DNA of 64,000 nt, taken from the human T2T-CHM13v2.0 reference genome, Homo sapiens. Shown in pieces: positions 46,375 to 64,000 of this stretch (within the stretch, counting starts at the first letter, position 1; each line of letters starts with the position of its first letter). The notes under the pieces were generated by a model that was not told the DNA's origin, did no database searches, and saw nothing but the letters and a program-made list of their open reading frames with translations. Made by a program: the position numbers and the translations under genes. Location: the NCBI RefSeq assembly GCF_009914755.1, contig NC_060941.1; one strand, given 5' to 3'.

Positions 46375-47491
46375 CTGAGGGAAGAAGAGCCTGGGCCTGA
46401 TGGAGCCCCAGGGAAATCACTACCGCTGCCGGTGTTTGCAGGTAGCAGGGAGCCAGGCCTGGGCGAGGTGTGTCTCGATGCCAGAGCTGGTAGTACAGAA
46501 GGTGGTGGGCCATCCCCGGTGCTGCTCAGCGTGGTGGATCATTTCAACCGAATCGGCAAGGTTGGAATCCAGAAATGCGTCATTGGTCTGTTTTGGGGGT
46601 CATGGCAAAAGAAAGTACTTGATGTATTGAACAGTTTTGCAGTTCCTTTTGATGAAGATGACAAAGACAATTCTATGTGGTTTTTAGACCATGATTATTT
46701 GGAAAACATGTATGGAATGTTTAAGAAAGTCAATGCCAGAGAAAGAATAGTTGGCTGGTACCACACAGGCCTGAAAATACACAAGAATGGCATTACCATC
46801 AATGAACTCATGAAAAGATACTATCCTAACTCGGTATTGATCATTATTGACGTGAATCCAAAGGACCTAGGGCTGCCCACAGAAGCATACATTTCAGTGG
46901 AAGAAATCCAAGATGATGGAACTCCAACCTTGAAAACATTTGAACATGTGACCAGTGAAATTGGAGCAGAGTAAGCTGAGGAAGTTGGAGTTGAACACTT
47001 GTTACGAGACATCAAAGACACAACACAACGGTGGGCACTCTGTCCCAGCGGATCACAAACCGGGTCCATGGTTTGAAGGGACCGAACTCCAAGCTTCTGG
47101 ATATCAGGAGCTACCTGGAAAAAGTAGCCACAGGCAAGCTGCGCATCAACCACCAGATCATCTACGAGCTGCAGGACGTCTTCAACCTGCTGCCAGATGT
47201 TAGCCTGCAGGAGCCTATTAAAGCCTTTTACCTGAGGACCAATGACCAGATGGTGGTAGTGTACTTGGCCTCACTGATCCATTCTGTGGGCCTCACTGAT
47301 CCATTCTGTGGTCGCCCTGCACAACCTCATCAACAACAAGATTGCCAACCAGGATGGAGACAAGAAAGAAGGGCAGGAGAAAAAAGAGAGCAAAAAGATA
47401 GAAAAGCTGACAAGGGGAAAGATAAAGATAAGGAAAAGAGTGATGTAAAGAAAGAGCAGAAAAAGTAAAACGTGTATTAAATAGCTTTTTT
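46375..47491 (+). pseudogene. PSMD7P1: Processed pseudogene of 26S proteasome subunit PSMD7 (Rpn8/MOV34)
   Basis: Intronless. ATG at 46478 ([10 protein letters not shown]), then [16 protein letters not shown]...[13 protein letters not shown]...WYHTG...[20 protein letters not shown]...[14 protein letters not shown] and a KEKE-rich tail ending TAA at 47466-47468. Disabled by a frameshift near 46515, a stop at 46972-46974, a small insertion near 47020 and a 22-bp duplication. Confidence 0.95.
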
Positions 47492-47790
<299 letters not shown>

Positions 47791-48751
47791 AAAAGTTTTC
47801 ATGGTTTCAAAGTTTCATTTCCCTTATAAGGAAATTGAAAAATACTGGAAAGTTTAAAGAAGAAAAGACTTATGTGCAATCCTGCCATTAAGTAATAACT
47901 ACTATTAACATTTGTATATATTTACTCAAATTTTTATATCTATATTATCATTTTTAATATCTACTTATTATGTCATCATATGGATATGATAATTTTCTCA
48001 ATTACTCTCCTGTGTTTACCAATTCTTGCCCTTATAAATAATGTTGCAATGAATGCCTTTGATTATATACATCTTGGTTGAAATTTTAGCTCTCTCCATA
48101 AAAGATATTCTTATGGGCATTATAAAAGCATTAAGGCTTTTGATCAGTACTGCCAAATCACTTACTGGAAGTATTTTTCAAATTGCAACTTCACTCAATG
48201 GTCTGTGCGAATGACTGTCTCACATTAATGGTTTTTTAGATCTGTGCTAATTGTGTGTAAAAAAAAAAAGCATCCCTTTTTACTTTGCATTTTTCACTAT
48301 TAGAGAAGTTGAAATATTTAAATATCTCTATTAGTCTTTTATTCTTCTGCAAAGTATCTCTTTTGTCCTTTATCTATTTTTGTGGAACTTTATATATAGT
48401 TATATGGATATATTAGACAGATATAAGTATCTTCCATATTTTTAATTTATTGTTTCAAAATTAGCAATATGCATAAGCTAACATTCAAAGCAATCAAATT
48501 TCCGTGATTCACCATTTTGCATTATTAAGATACTCCATCATTAGAGTGAAAAATGTAAATGACTTTTAGCTATCTAGATGGAAAACAATTTGTAAATACC
48601 AAGAATTGTAATTATTATATAAACACATTAGAGACAAATATGAAAACAATCCTGTACCTGGTAAATTCCTTAAACTGAATGGTAAGTAATGCAGAACTTT
48701 CTATTTACAGACCACAGAAGTATAGATTATACCACAAATGAATGCATTATA

Positions 48752-48897
48752 GGCCAGGCACAGCGGCTCACGCCTGTAATCCTAACACTGTGGGAGGCCG
48801 AGGAAGGCAGATTACTTGAGCCCAGGAGTTTCAGACCAGCCTAAGCAACATAGCGAGACCCTGTCTCTATTTTTTTAATAGAATAAATAAATAAATA
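48752..48897 (+). mobile_element. FLAM / Alu left monomer
   Basis: Single arm ending gaccctgtctct plus A-rich tail. Confidence 0.85.
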
Positions 48898-49625
48898 CAG
48901 TATAAAGATTGCAGAAACTAAGAATGAGGAGGCATATTTTCTTTTTTTCACTACTAAGAAAAGAGTCACTGCCTTTAGCACAGTGACTTTGGATTTCTTC
49001 CTTATGCTAGAACTAAGCAATATTCACCATTTCATTCCTCCTTCTGCTGCTTTTTCTATCTTAGCCTCTTGGGCAATTCATGCTATAGGATATTAACAGA
49101 GATAAACTGGCTACTCTTTCTCCCTTCCCTTCAGTGATATACATATTGCCATAATGCCCTAGCCAGTATCCATAAAAACTAGCAACCTAGGATACTTCCT
49201 AGCCTTGAATATACAACAATCTTTTCTACCAACTTGTTTCAGGAGTAGGCTGTAAAACTCCAACTTTAGAATGCAAATATTTCCAGGAAGCTACTGGGAA
49301 AAATCATAGCTTAACTAGCAGTATAAAAATGGTACGAAAGAAATCATTCTGAAGTTTAGATATCTGGTTCTGTCATTTATTAGCTTTGTGACCTCGGTAA
49401 ACTAAGTTACATAATCTTCCTGAGCTTCAGTTTATTTATTTTCCTTATGGGATGATTGGGGAGATTGAATTAACAGAGGTGAGATATGTAGAAAAATGTA
49501 CCCAGTGCCTGACACAGGAAACTTCAATATGAGGGCTTCTTTTCTTTCCCAACTGTTTTGCCAGCACTTTGGAAAGGAATAGATGCCACTAGGAGGCAGC
49601 AATGGCACACAAAGAACTAATTATC

Positions 49626-49845
49626 ATGTGCACGTGCATGCGCAGACACACACACACACACACACACACTCACATGCATACGCATGGGCACATACACAAA
49701 GCACACACACTCAAACCACATACACAAATCCACATGCATGCCACACATACCACATATATACTCACACTCACACAAAAGCAACAAATATTTGCACAGCAAC
49801 CACATACACACCCACACACAGGCATACTGGCACACACATGCACAC
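49626..49845. repeat. CA-rich low-complexity tract
   Basis: Direct reading. Confidence 0.9.
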
Positions 49846-50349
49846 AGCTCAAGTTGTTTTCTTTCCTTTTCTTTCTTTCTTTTATCTTTTTAATCTTTTA
49901 TTGAGAGATTAAAGCAGGGAATGGTCCTCAGGTTAATAGATAGGAAATGTCACTGAGGAATAGTACTTATTATTAAGTTTGGGGCACAGGAAAGAGATCC
50001 TATATATTGAAAGATTGGTCCATGTATTAGAAACGAGAGAATTATGTTATAAACTTCTTGCAGAAATATGGCATAAGAGATACGTGAAAACATTGATTCC
50101 TTTGCATTTAGAACGCCGTCCTGCCATAAACCAAGAGAAAAAAGACGGTCATTGAGAAGCACCTTCAGGGACCAACTTGTCTTGGAAGAAGACCTCCCTA
50201 GCCATGTGCATTTATAGAGTGTATAGTTATATAGTTATATGCATTTGTAGAGTTACAGTTATATAGTATAGAGTTCATTTAGTCTATGATTGCTAGGTGA
50301 GTAATATTACTTTGGGAAGATTCAGTTCAACTGTGCAAAAATAGAGGAT

Positions 50350-50690
<341 letters not shown>

Positions 50691-51398
50691 TCACTAGGCT
50701 ACCTGTGGCGGTTAGTACTTCCTGTACCATCTCCAGTAGGGGGAGATCACCGCAAACTATGGCTAGGGAGGGTACGGCACAACTGTGATGACAGGCAACC
50801 TGGTGATCAAAGCATTTAAGAAGAAAAACACTTGAAAAAGGGAATCTACTTATGGCACAAAATAGACCACATAATCACTAAATAGAGGGGCTGCAATTGG
50901 GCAGTTTCTACCGATGGACTCCTCAAATCCAAATTGCCTCTTCCAATTACAAAAATAGCAGATTTTTATTTCTGTGAAAATACGATTAAATGAGAGGAAT
51001 CAGGACTATCGTCTAAGCTCTAAAGTCTGCTCTGATTATTTTTCAGTGATCCAAACCTATCCAGCCCCCTAAAATGCCTTCCAGTGAACAAAATGGCACA
51101 AAACACAACCTTCAACAAACTTGCCATATCCCAGGAGCTTCTTTGTAGAATAGGCTGGGGAAGGGAGGAGTGTTGGAAAAGTGCTAAGGGTTTAAAACAG
51201 AAGTGCTGAGGTGTCAAAGTTAGGCATGCTGACTATCTGGTGCTATCAAAATGCAGACCTAATTATTGTGTATATGAGTAGTGCATGTGTACATAAATAT
51301 GTGTATGTATTTCCTAGCTCTGTCTGTTGAAGAAGACCTAGAAGCAGTGATGCCTCTGTATCAATGAGCACTACACCCAGACACAATGCAGACCTTGA

Positions 51399-51707
51399 TT
51401 TCTTTTTTTTTTTTAAGACGGAGTCTCACTCTGTCACCCAGGTTGGAGTGCAGTGGTGAAATCTCGGCTCACTGCAAGCTCCGCCTCCCGGTTCACATCA
51501 TTCTTCTGCCTCGGCCTCCCGAGTAGCTGGGACTACAGGCGCCCGCCACCGCGCCCGCCACCATGCCCGGCTAATTTTTTGTATTTTTAGTAGAGACGGG
51601 GTTTCATCGTGTTAGCTAAGATGGTCTCGATCTTCTGACCTCGTGATCTACCCGCCTCAGCCTCCCAAAGTGCTAGGATTACAAGCGTGAGCCACCACGC
51701 CCGGCCC
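51399..51707 (-). mobile_element. AluY
   Basis: AluY diagnostics; internal gcccgccacc duplication. Confidence 0.95.
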
Positions 51708-51787
51708 AGACCTTCATTTCTAAACACCGTTATCTTCAGTTCATTGGGGAAATGGCTGAGGTTTAGAAAGCTGAGGTTTACAAATTA

Positions 51788-54492
<2,705 letters not shown>

Positions 54493-55134
54493 TTAGGAAG
54501 TACCCAAAGGATATGGAGACATATCAAAAAGACACATGAGCCACTTGAAGTGGCTCCCACTGATCAATTCTGTGACAACTCAAGCATCAAAATAATTAAT
54601 TATATTAGTGAATCATAACTCACTGAATAAGGATCCATGTGTTCACACTAATATTAATTAACTAATTAATTTGGGGAAATGGGAAAGTACTCCCTTACAG
54701 CAGAATGAGAAATAATAAATGTAGAAGGAGTGATAAATTTAAAAATTACTTGTTGGCAACCATCACAAAAACAATTGATTTAGGTAAAAATCTAAAATTA
54801 CTGGATGAAAATTTGATGAAAAACAGGATATCCACATAGTTGTGAAGTATCTCCCCATGAGATACTGATTAATTAATTACAAAGGACAATATAGTAAGAT
54901 TACAATGTAGAAATCTGGCAGACATCAGATTTCTAGCCAAGTAATCATAGTTAACATTACCAATAGTAATGGCATAAATTGATATCATGTACTTCCTGAT
55001 ATGATGCACTAAGAAGATTACAATCTCACTTCTCTTGTAATCCCGGCAACAATACAACTGAAATCGCGTCATAACATAACTTCAGACAAACCCAAATGAT
55101 TGTCCTCTACTCTTTAAAAATATTAAGATTGTGA

Positions 55135-55400
55135 GGGGGCACAGTGTCTCACCCCTGTCATCCCAGCACTTTGAGAGGCCAAGGTGGGCAAATCTCTTGA
55201 GGTCATGAGTTCAAGACTAGCCTGGCCAACATGGTGAAACCCTGTCTCAACTAAAAAAAAAAAAAAAAATTAAATAGGCATGGTGGTGGGCACCTGTAAT
55301 CCCAGCTACTTGGGAAGCTGAGGCAGGAGAAGTTGCAGTGAGTGAGATCACACCACTGTACTCCAGCCAGGACAACAGAGCAAGACTCCATCTCAAATAT
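55135..55400 (+). mobile_element. Alu with internal deletion, within an old L1M fragment
   Basis: Dimer lacking part of the right arm. Confidence 0.88.
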
Positions 55401-55489
55401 ATATAGATTGTAAGAAAGGAGGAAGAAAAATGGAAGAACTCTTCTAGATCTAAGAAGACTAAAAAGCAGGGCCATCTCATCTACAGTGG

Positions 55490-57520
55490 AGAATTAGATG
55501 CCACTTGAGAAACAATTTCTAATATACTAGATGCTTGGCACCAAGTGACCAGGCAGTTACAGCTGCCCATCACCAGCTATATTCTGTCATACCCACCAAG
55601 TCATGAGGTCAAGTGTGCCTAGCAACAACTCATGATAAGATGATAATGGATATACCCTGAAGCTACGTGATCAGAAGGTCAAAACTCCACATCATCCATC
55701 ACTGTTGTACTAATGGCATTCCTAAGTGCACATCTATAGCCATATGACCCCATATGATCCCGTAGGACCAGCTTAGAGCGGAGGAAAAAGCCTGAGCTTG
55801 GTTCATGGATATGAAGGTCTGTACATGTGTGTAGGTAAAAAAAAGGATGACAGCTACAATACAGCTTATTCAAAGAGCATCTTGAAAAACAGTGGTGAGA
55901 AAAAGTCCTCCCCATGGGAAGAATTTTGGATGGTCATCTTCCTTGTGTGGAAAAAGAAGTGGCTTATGATTAGAATATATATGAACTCATAGGTAGTGGC
56001 TTGACAGAGTCTGAGAGGTGAGAAGAAAGATGGGTAGATCAGGTACAAAGAGGACTAGGAGTAGAGGCATGTGAATGAATAAATGGGGTGGGCACAAAGT
56101 GTGAAGATCTTTGATGCACATGTTAACTCCCACTAGCAAGGTACTACATAACCAGATAGAGAAAAAGACTCAGCCAGTTGACAGCATCTGGCCTCTAACA
56201 CTGGCCACCCCAGTGCTGGCATAATGGCCACATGACTGAAATGGCTATGGTAACAAGGATGGAGATAATTCATAGGCCCAACAGCATGGTCTCCTACTTA
56301 TATAGATTGATCTGGATGCTGCCTTGGTTGAATGTCCAACCTGGCAAGCAACAGAGACCAGAGGCCAATGTTGAGCCTCCAAGATGACACCATCTCACAA
56401 GCAGATCCACTGGCACATAAGGTATCAAGTTGACTGCATTGGACCTACTTCTACTGAAGGAGTACAGATCCATTATGCTGGGAATCAATACTTATTTGGA
56501 TATGCATTTGTTTTTCCTGCATCACTATCTGAGGACTTACGGAGTTCGAATCCACTGATACAGGATCCCACATAACATTGTATCAGACCAGATAACCCAT
56601 TTTATAGTAAAGGAGGTACGACAATAGGCCCCTGACCACAGGACCAACTGATCACATTACCTACCAAACCATCCAGAAGCTGCCAGCTGATAGAACCTTG
56701 AAATGGCCTGTTGAAAGCATAATCAAAGCACCAGCTTTGAGATATGATCCTCTATGATGAAGTATATACTTTAAATCAAACATCTTCATTGTCTCCCCAG
56801 TAGGAACAATACATGGGTCTGGGAATCAAGGATTTGAAGCAGCAGTGGCCAAGTTATTATCTCTCCCCTTGACTCACTTGGGGACACTTATGCTTTTGTT
56901 CCACATCTGAAATCTATAAATAGTTTAAAAGGCCTTGTTTCCAAAAGGGAAACACTTCCACTAGGGGCACAGCAAGTCCTATTGAACTATAAACTACAGA
57001 TGGTGCCTGGCAACTTTGGGCTCCTTTTGCCAAGGAACCAGCAAGCAAAGATCTCACCATCTTAGAAAGGGTCATTGACTCTGATCATCAGGAGCAAATA
57101 GGGCTGCTGCCTCCTCAGTACTCCTTGATACAATTTTGATTATAAAAATCATAGAAACATCAGAAAGGCATAGAGGCCTTTCAGACCCCTCAAGGATGAA
57201 GGTCTTTGTCACACCACCAGAAGAGCCACTGAGACCAACAGAAGAGCCAGCCAAGGGTGAGGAGAATACGAAATGGATGGTGGTGGAGGAAGAAGATGAG
57301 TATCAGTTGCAGTTCGAAGGCCAACTGCAGCATCAGGTGTTGTAGTTTATCTCACTAACCTTACTCTACTGAGTTTCACCCAAGAAAAGAGGTCTATCAG
57401 AATCCTAGAGGAGCTATTCTCAGAAAGCATACAAAGCAGTGGATCAAGCAAAAAAAAAAAGAGTGTATTGTCATGGGTACTGTACTGTGCCATCCAATTT
57501 TCCTTTAAGGACTGAAGGGC
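55490..57520 (+). mobile_element. Ancient ERVL internal relic (RNaseH/integrase) with start of 3' LTR (ERV3-16A3/LTR16-like)
   Basis: Degenerate integrase motifs QVDCIGP, GYAFVFPA, HNIVSDQ, HPEAA...NGLLK; purine-rich tract then a TGT LTR-like start near 57468. Confidence 0.7.
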
Positions 57521-57689
57521 AATGAATTGAGGGAAGTCACAGGTAAACAGTAAAAAATTGAGGCTCTCTTCCAATAGCCCAAAGGGAATTGAATCATGCC
57601 AACAACCACTGAGTGAGCTTGGAAGTGAATCCTCCTCCACTTGACCCTTCAGATAAGACTGCAGCCCTGGCCAACCCCTGACATTCTGT

Positions 57690-58270
57690 AGAAAATCAAT
57701 TGACTATAATGTGTGAGTTTATTTTTGAACTGCCTATTCTCTTACATTGGTCTATGTGTCTGTATTTTTACCAGCTGATTTGATTACTATAGCTTTGTAG
57801 TATATTTTGAAGTTAGATAATGTGATGACTGTAGCTTTGTTCTTTTCATTCAAGATCGCTTTGGCTCTTCAGGGGCCTTTGTAGTTTCATACAAATTGTT
57901 TTTTCTATTTCTGTGAAAAATGTCATTGGAATTTTGATAGGGATTGCACTAAATCTGTAGATCACTTTGGGTAACATGGACATTTTAACAATATTAATTC
58001 TTCCAATCTATGAACATTAATATTATTCCATTTATTTGTGTCTTTTTAAATTCCTTTCATCAATATTTTATATTTTTCAGCATACAAGTCTTTCGCCTCC
58101 TTGGCTAAATTTCTTCCTAAGTATATTTATATATTTTTGTAGCTACGTGAATGGGAGTTTTCTTAATTTGTTTTTCAGACGGTTTGCTATTAGTGTATAG
58201 AAATGCTATGATTTTTGTATGTTAATTTCATATCCTGGAAATTTACTGAATTTGTTTATTAGTTCCAACA
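57690..58270 (-). mobile_element. L1M ORF2 fragment
   Basis: ttctgtgaaaaatgtcattggaattttgatagggattgcac motif. Confidence 0.85.
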
Positions 58271-58624
58271 TATATTTTAAATTTAAAAACAATAAAATGA
58301 ATTATGAAGCATTTGCAACAAAAGGTGGGATAATACAAAAATATTCTCTCCCCTTTTTCAGAGCCAATGCAGTGACTATGTGTGGGCAAGAGAAGACATT
58401 CTAAATGCTTACTGCCCTCCTTCCATGTCTAGAGCTGTTAGGTAGGATAAGAGAGGTCTATTTTTAAACTGACATGCAACAAATTAAAGAAAACAATGGT
58501 TCTAAAGCTTTGTGCTTTGAGAGGAGGAAACCAGAGCAGATGGTTTTTTGTTTGGCAAAAATCCCTAAATAGGGCTTTTGGTTTACAAAGGGGAAATACC
58601 ACAACCTCTCAAACTCCACCTTCA

Positions 58625-58690
58625 ACACACACACACACACACACACACACAACACACACACACACACGCACACACACACACATACACAGA
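58625..58690. repeat. (CA)n microsatellite
   Basis: Direct reading. Confidence 0.95.
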
Positions 58691-58724
58691 GTCTGAAGGA
58701 AAGAATTGAGGAAGAAAAAGTAAA

Positions 58725-59046
<322 letters not shown>

Positions 59047-59099
59047 TAAAATTGTTTTTTAAGGTTAAGTAAAGGGAATTTGGAGCTTTTGAATGAAAG

Positions 59100-60020
59100 C
59101 CTAGAAGGGAGGGGAGCCACTCTGGTTTCTGTAAAAGGAGGAGGAGCAGAGAAGCATCTTGGAGAAAAGATCTGGTCCACATCACACGGAATCGGGTTAA
59201 GTTCTGAGAAAGAGGCATGGGTGGGGAAATCCTATGGAGAATGCAGATTGTGGAGAAGTGATGGGTAGTACCTAGTGCAGATGGCAGAGGAAATAACTCC
59301 AGGACTTTTGTAAAAACAGGGACTAAAGAGTTGGAGCAGTAGCTGGAAGAAAGAAGTGAAGTAACAGGGCTTCTTTTTTTAATGGGTGATATTACTGTAT
59401 ATCTGTATGCTGATTGAAGTGTTCCAATAGAAAGGAAAAAATAAACATGGATAAGCATTAATTAGAGGAGTAAAATCCTTAAGTAGGAGAGAGAAAATGG
59501 GACCTAGCACATAAAGAGAGGGGTTTGTCCTTAGATGTTCATCCATTGTAACCTGACAGAAGGCAGATTCTGTGGTTGCCGATGCTGGTAGAATGATGGA
59601 TTCGGGAGTGGAAAGATTAAAAAAAAATGATCTTTTGATCTTTTCCATTTTCTCAGTGAAATAAGGAGCCAAGTTATCAGCTAAGGGTGAGGAGAAGGAA
59701 GGTGGCTTGAGAAAGGTTGAGAAGTGAAATAGCCACTTTAGAGAGTAAGGGAGTGAACAAACTAGAGAAATATAATAGGATTGTCGGGCAGAGCTGGAGG
59801 CCCATGTAAAGTTTGTGTTTATGAATTTAAAATGGGACCTATTGGCATGGTTGTGAGTTTCTCTTTTTTTCCAGCCACGTTCAGTTCCTTAGGTGCAGGC
59901 ATAAGGAAGGCAGATGGTGCCAGGGATGAGTTTGGCCAGCAAACACTACCAAAGGAGAGAAGAGCAAGGGAGTTGAATATATGCAAAGGAACGACGTCAA
60001 TGATGGGTCATGGAATTGTA
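59100..60020 (-). mobile_element. L2 relic
   Basis: Purine-rich strand with gcagtagctgga and ttttctcagtgaaataagga motifs. Confidence 0.5.
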
Positions 60021-60312
60021 GTGGATACAGAAAAAATTTTTTGGCACTATGTAAACCCAGCATCAAGGATGCAAATTCAGTCCTATTGACCTGGAAGTCC
60101 ATGCTTACTTCTGTATGGCAATGCTTCTCAAACTTGAGGATGCGCAAGAACTATCTGGAAACTTTGTCATAAATGCAGAACTCTGGGCCATTCTTAACAA
60201 TTCTGGGGCACAACACTTGTTCTTTGAAATAAGCAGATAGGTAATAGTAACGGAAGGAGGGGGTCTGTGGCCCATTCTATGAAAAATATTGTATTGCAGG
60301 TGTTTTACGTGA

Positions 60313-60769
<457 letters not shown>

Positions 60770-60831
60770 TAACTAAAAGTAAGCTACCATGAAGCTAACA
60801 CTGCAATGGGTGCGGCAATAAATTCAGTAGC

Positions 60832-60837
60832 TTTATT
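60832..60837 (-). terminator. APOH: APOH polyadenylation signal AATAAA
   Basis: TTTATT on + strand, about 75 nt downstream of the stop codon; cleavage expected near 60810. Confidence 0.85.
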
Positions 60838-60910
60838 TTTAAATTTCAATTAGGTTCCTTGGATGAACAAGAAACAAGTGTGACATTTTGTGTGGAATCT
60901 GAAAACCACC

Positions 60911-60966
60911 TTAGCATGGCTTTACATCGGATGCATCAGTTTTCCAAAAAGCCAGAGAACTGTGTT
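60911..60966 (-). CDS. APOH: APOH last exon, coding part
   Basis: Acceptor caacAG|AA; translates (E)HSSLAFWKTDASDVKPC-stop, with TAA at 60911-60913; phase matches the previous exon. Confidence 0.97.
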
Positions 60967-61130
60967 CTGTTGGGGGAGAAAAAGATAAACATTCTAAGAG
61001 AAACAATCATTTCTTAAATGTGGTAAATAGCTAAGCCAAACCAAATACATTTTACGAGTATATAGAATACATGTGATTATGTGAATGAAACCATTTAGTG
61101 TGAGGTTTAAGTGATGGGAGAAAACATTAG

Positions 61131-61583
<453 letters not shown>

Positions 61584-62434
61584 TAAGGGAGAAGATCCTG
61601 AAGAAATATATCAACAAAGCTAAGACTTTTTTCAATTATTCTTTTCTCACATTTTTTCTACTGATTTTTATTTAAGCTTATTGTATTTTGTCATGTTTTG
61701 TATTTAACATCTCACCAGGGCTCTGCTGTCTTTTGAATAATGGCAATTTATTCAGTGCATTTGTAACTATTTACAATTAAAATTATATTCCTCCATGTCA
61801 TGCATATTTCTAATAATCAAACCAACCCCATGAGGTGGGTATTTTTAATCAGTTATCATTCCCTTCTCTCCCACTAGCTGGACACTTCTCAGACTCCTCT
61901 CTTCTTAGCTTTGTCTGCTCCCTACTGTCCTCTCCCACCTGCTAAAACAAGATTGTCAATGTTTTTGAAAGATTTCTAAACCTAGAGCCAAGGACAGCTT
62001 CAGCCTCTGGCTGGTTCTTACTTTCTGGCATCAGAGACATTTCAACCCTAAATCTGAAACCTTAAAAGGTTAGCAGCTCTAAACGCTGGCCATTACACAC
62101 TTCTTTATCTCACACAAACCTGGTATCATTCTCCTTAAAATATTTTGCTCTAATGGATACTTTGCTCTAATGGATACTTTTCAAACTCTACGAATTGCTT
62201 GAGAAAGGGGAAATGTTAGATCTTTAGACCAATTATCATTGCCATGAGTTGTTTTGTCACTTGGGGTGAGTTCTCTATAATGTGGGACCAAGATGAGGTA
62301 GATATTTTATTATTCAATATTTGGTTCATTATTATTCAAGCTCAACTTGGAATTATACAAGATGGCATCATTCACCTCAGCATTCATTGAATATAACCAC
62401 AACCCTGAGTTTTACAGAAAAGACTTAGAAAAGA

Positions 62435-63136
<702 letters not shown>

Positions 63137-63230
63137 TCATCTGGTTTTTGACAATCATTATAGAACAAAGGCTCTGATTATGATGACGGGCAAGTGGGAG
63201 TCCTAGCTAAACGTTCCAATGCAGACTTAC

Positions 63231-63428
63231 CCTTGAAGCATTTGGGGACTTCGATAGTGCCATCTATACACTGAGCATCCTCTGTATAGCTACACTTCTT
63301 TTCCTTATTTTTGCAGAAGAAAGAAACTTTATCACCATGTAGCATTCCATTCTTAAATTTTTCCTGAATCTTTACTCTCTCTCCTTGGTACACCACAGTG
63401 GCTTTTTTCACAGGTACTTTACAAGATG
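63231..63428 (-). CDS. APOH: APOH (beta-2-glycoprotein I) penultimate exon, domain V
   Basis: Acceptor ctctttcAG| and donor AAGG|GTAAG; 198 nt. Translates [66 protein letters not shown], including the CKNKEKKC phospholipid-binding motif. Confidence 0.97.
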
Positions 63429-64000
63429 CTGAAAGAGAGAATACTTGTAATCAGGACTTAAGAGTTCAGGAAGTCTTTCTGAAAGAGAGTATAGCATTTG
63501 AAACAGTAGATGAGTACACCTACACAAATTGGTCAAGGCAAGAAAAATCCAAGAATATATATAGTAAGTAATGGTAATATGATTGCTAATTGCAGTTCTC
63601 TGTCAATAGAACCATTATTCATAGCTTCCAAGATGGCCTTCTCTTCCCCTACAGTAGCCACAGAAGGTCAGAACAGAAGCATCAGAGCCTCCATTTCAGT
63701 GAAAAAAAAAAAAAAAAGCAACTAACAGATATTGACATTTCATGTAAGCCTACTCTGCCCTCTCAGATTGCATTCATTAAGCAGGTGCATCTATCCACCA
63801 GCCATTGTGAGTGTTGGCTGATAACAGCTCATAAATACTCTGAAAAATTGCCTTCAGCCATAGGGAAGCCACCTCTCCCAGGAGTTTATGCAAACCACCC
63901 CCAGGGTCAGGGAAGGGAGCAGCTCAAAGCCAAAGACTGACTGATGAGGGAATATAAAAAGCAGGTCCCCTTGGCTCTTAGTGGGATTAACTCAAGGGTG

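Noticed and set aside
55490-57470. Possible domesticated integrase gene
   Set aside because: Motifs are scattered across frames with stops; no long ORF.
63178-63230. ORF extension [17 protein letters not shown] after APOH PKCFK
   Set aside because: Read-through past a canonical GTAAG donor into the intron.

Overview
Primate, almost certainly human, genomic DNA from the CEP112-APOH interval (17q24 from my recall of these genes). The minus strand carries the 5' end of CEP112: a CpG-island promoter and non-coding exon 1 near 40.8 kb, and coding exons 2-4 at 32.0, 25.7 and 23.9 kb. Positions 1-23.8 kb are the following intron. The minus strand also carries the last two exons and poly(A) signal of APOH (beta-2-glycoprotein I). 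A processed PSMD7 pseudogene lies on the + strand between the two genes. The rest is mostly repeats: about 35 Alus, a near-full-length L1PA7-like element nested in an MST LTR, older L1M/L2/MIR copies, MaLR and ERVL relics, hAT and Tigger MITEs, and microsatellites. I found no new multi-gene system. The most unusual signals are: (i) several templated or fold-back insertions and perfect inverted repeats that interrupt old repeats; (ii) an intact, N-terminally extendable L1 ORF0 in the same orientation as CEP112; (iii) a CEP112 promoter with two identical RFX X-boxes plus E2F, CHR and MYB-core motifs; (iv) a PSMD7-Alu chimeric junction. Repeat boundaries and subfamily calls were made by eye and are approximate.
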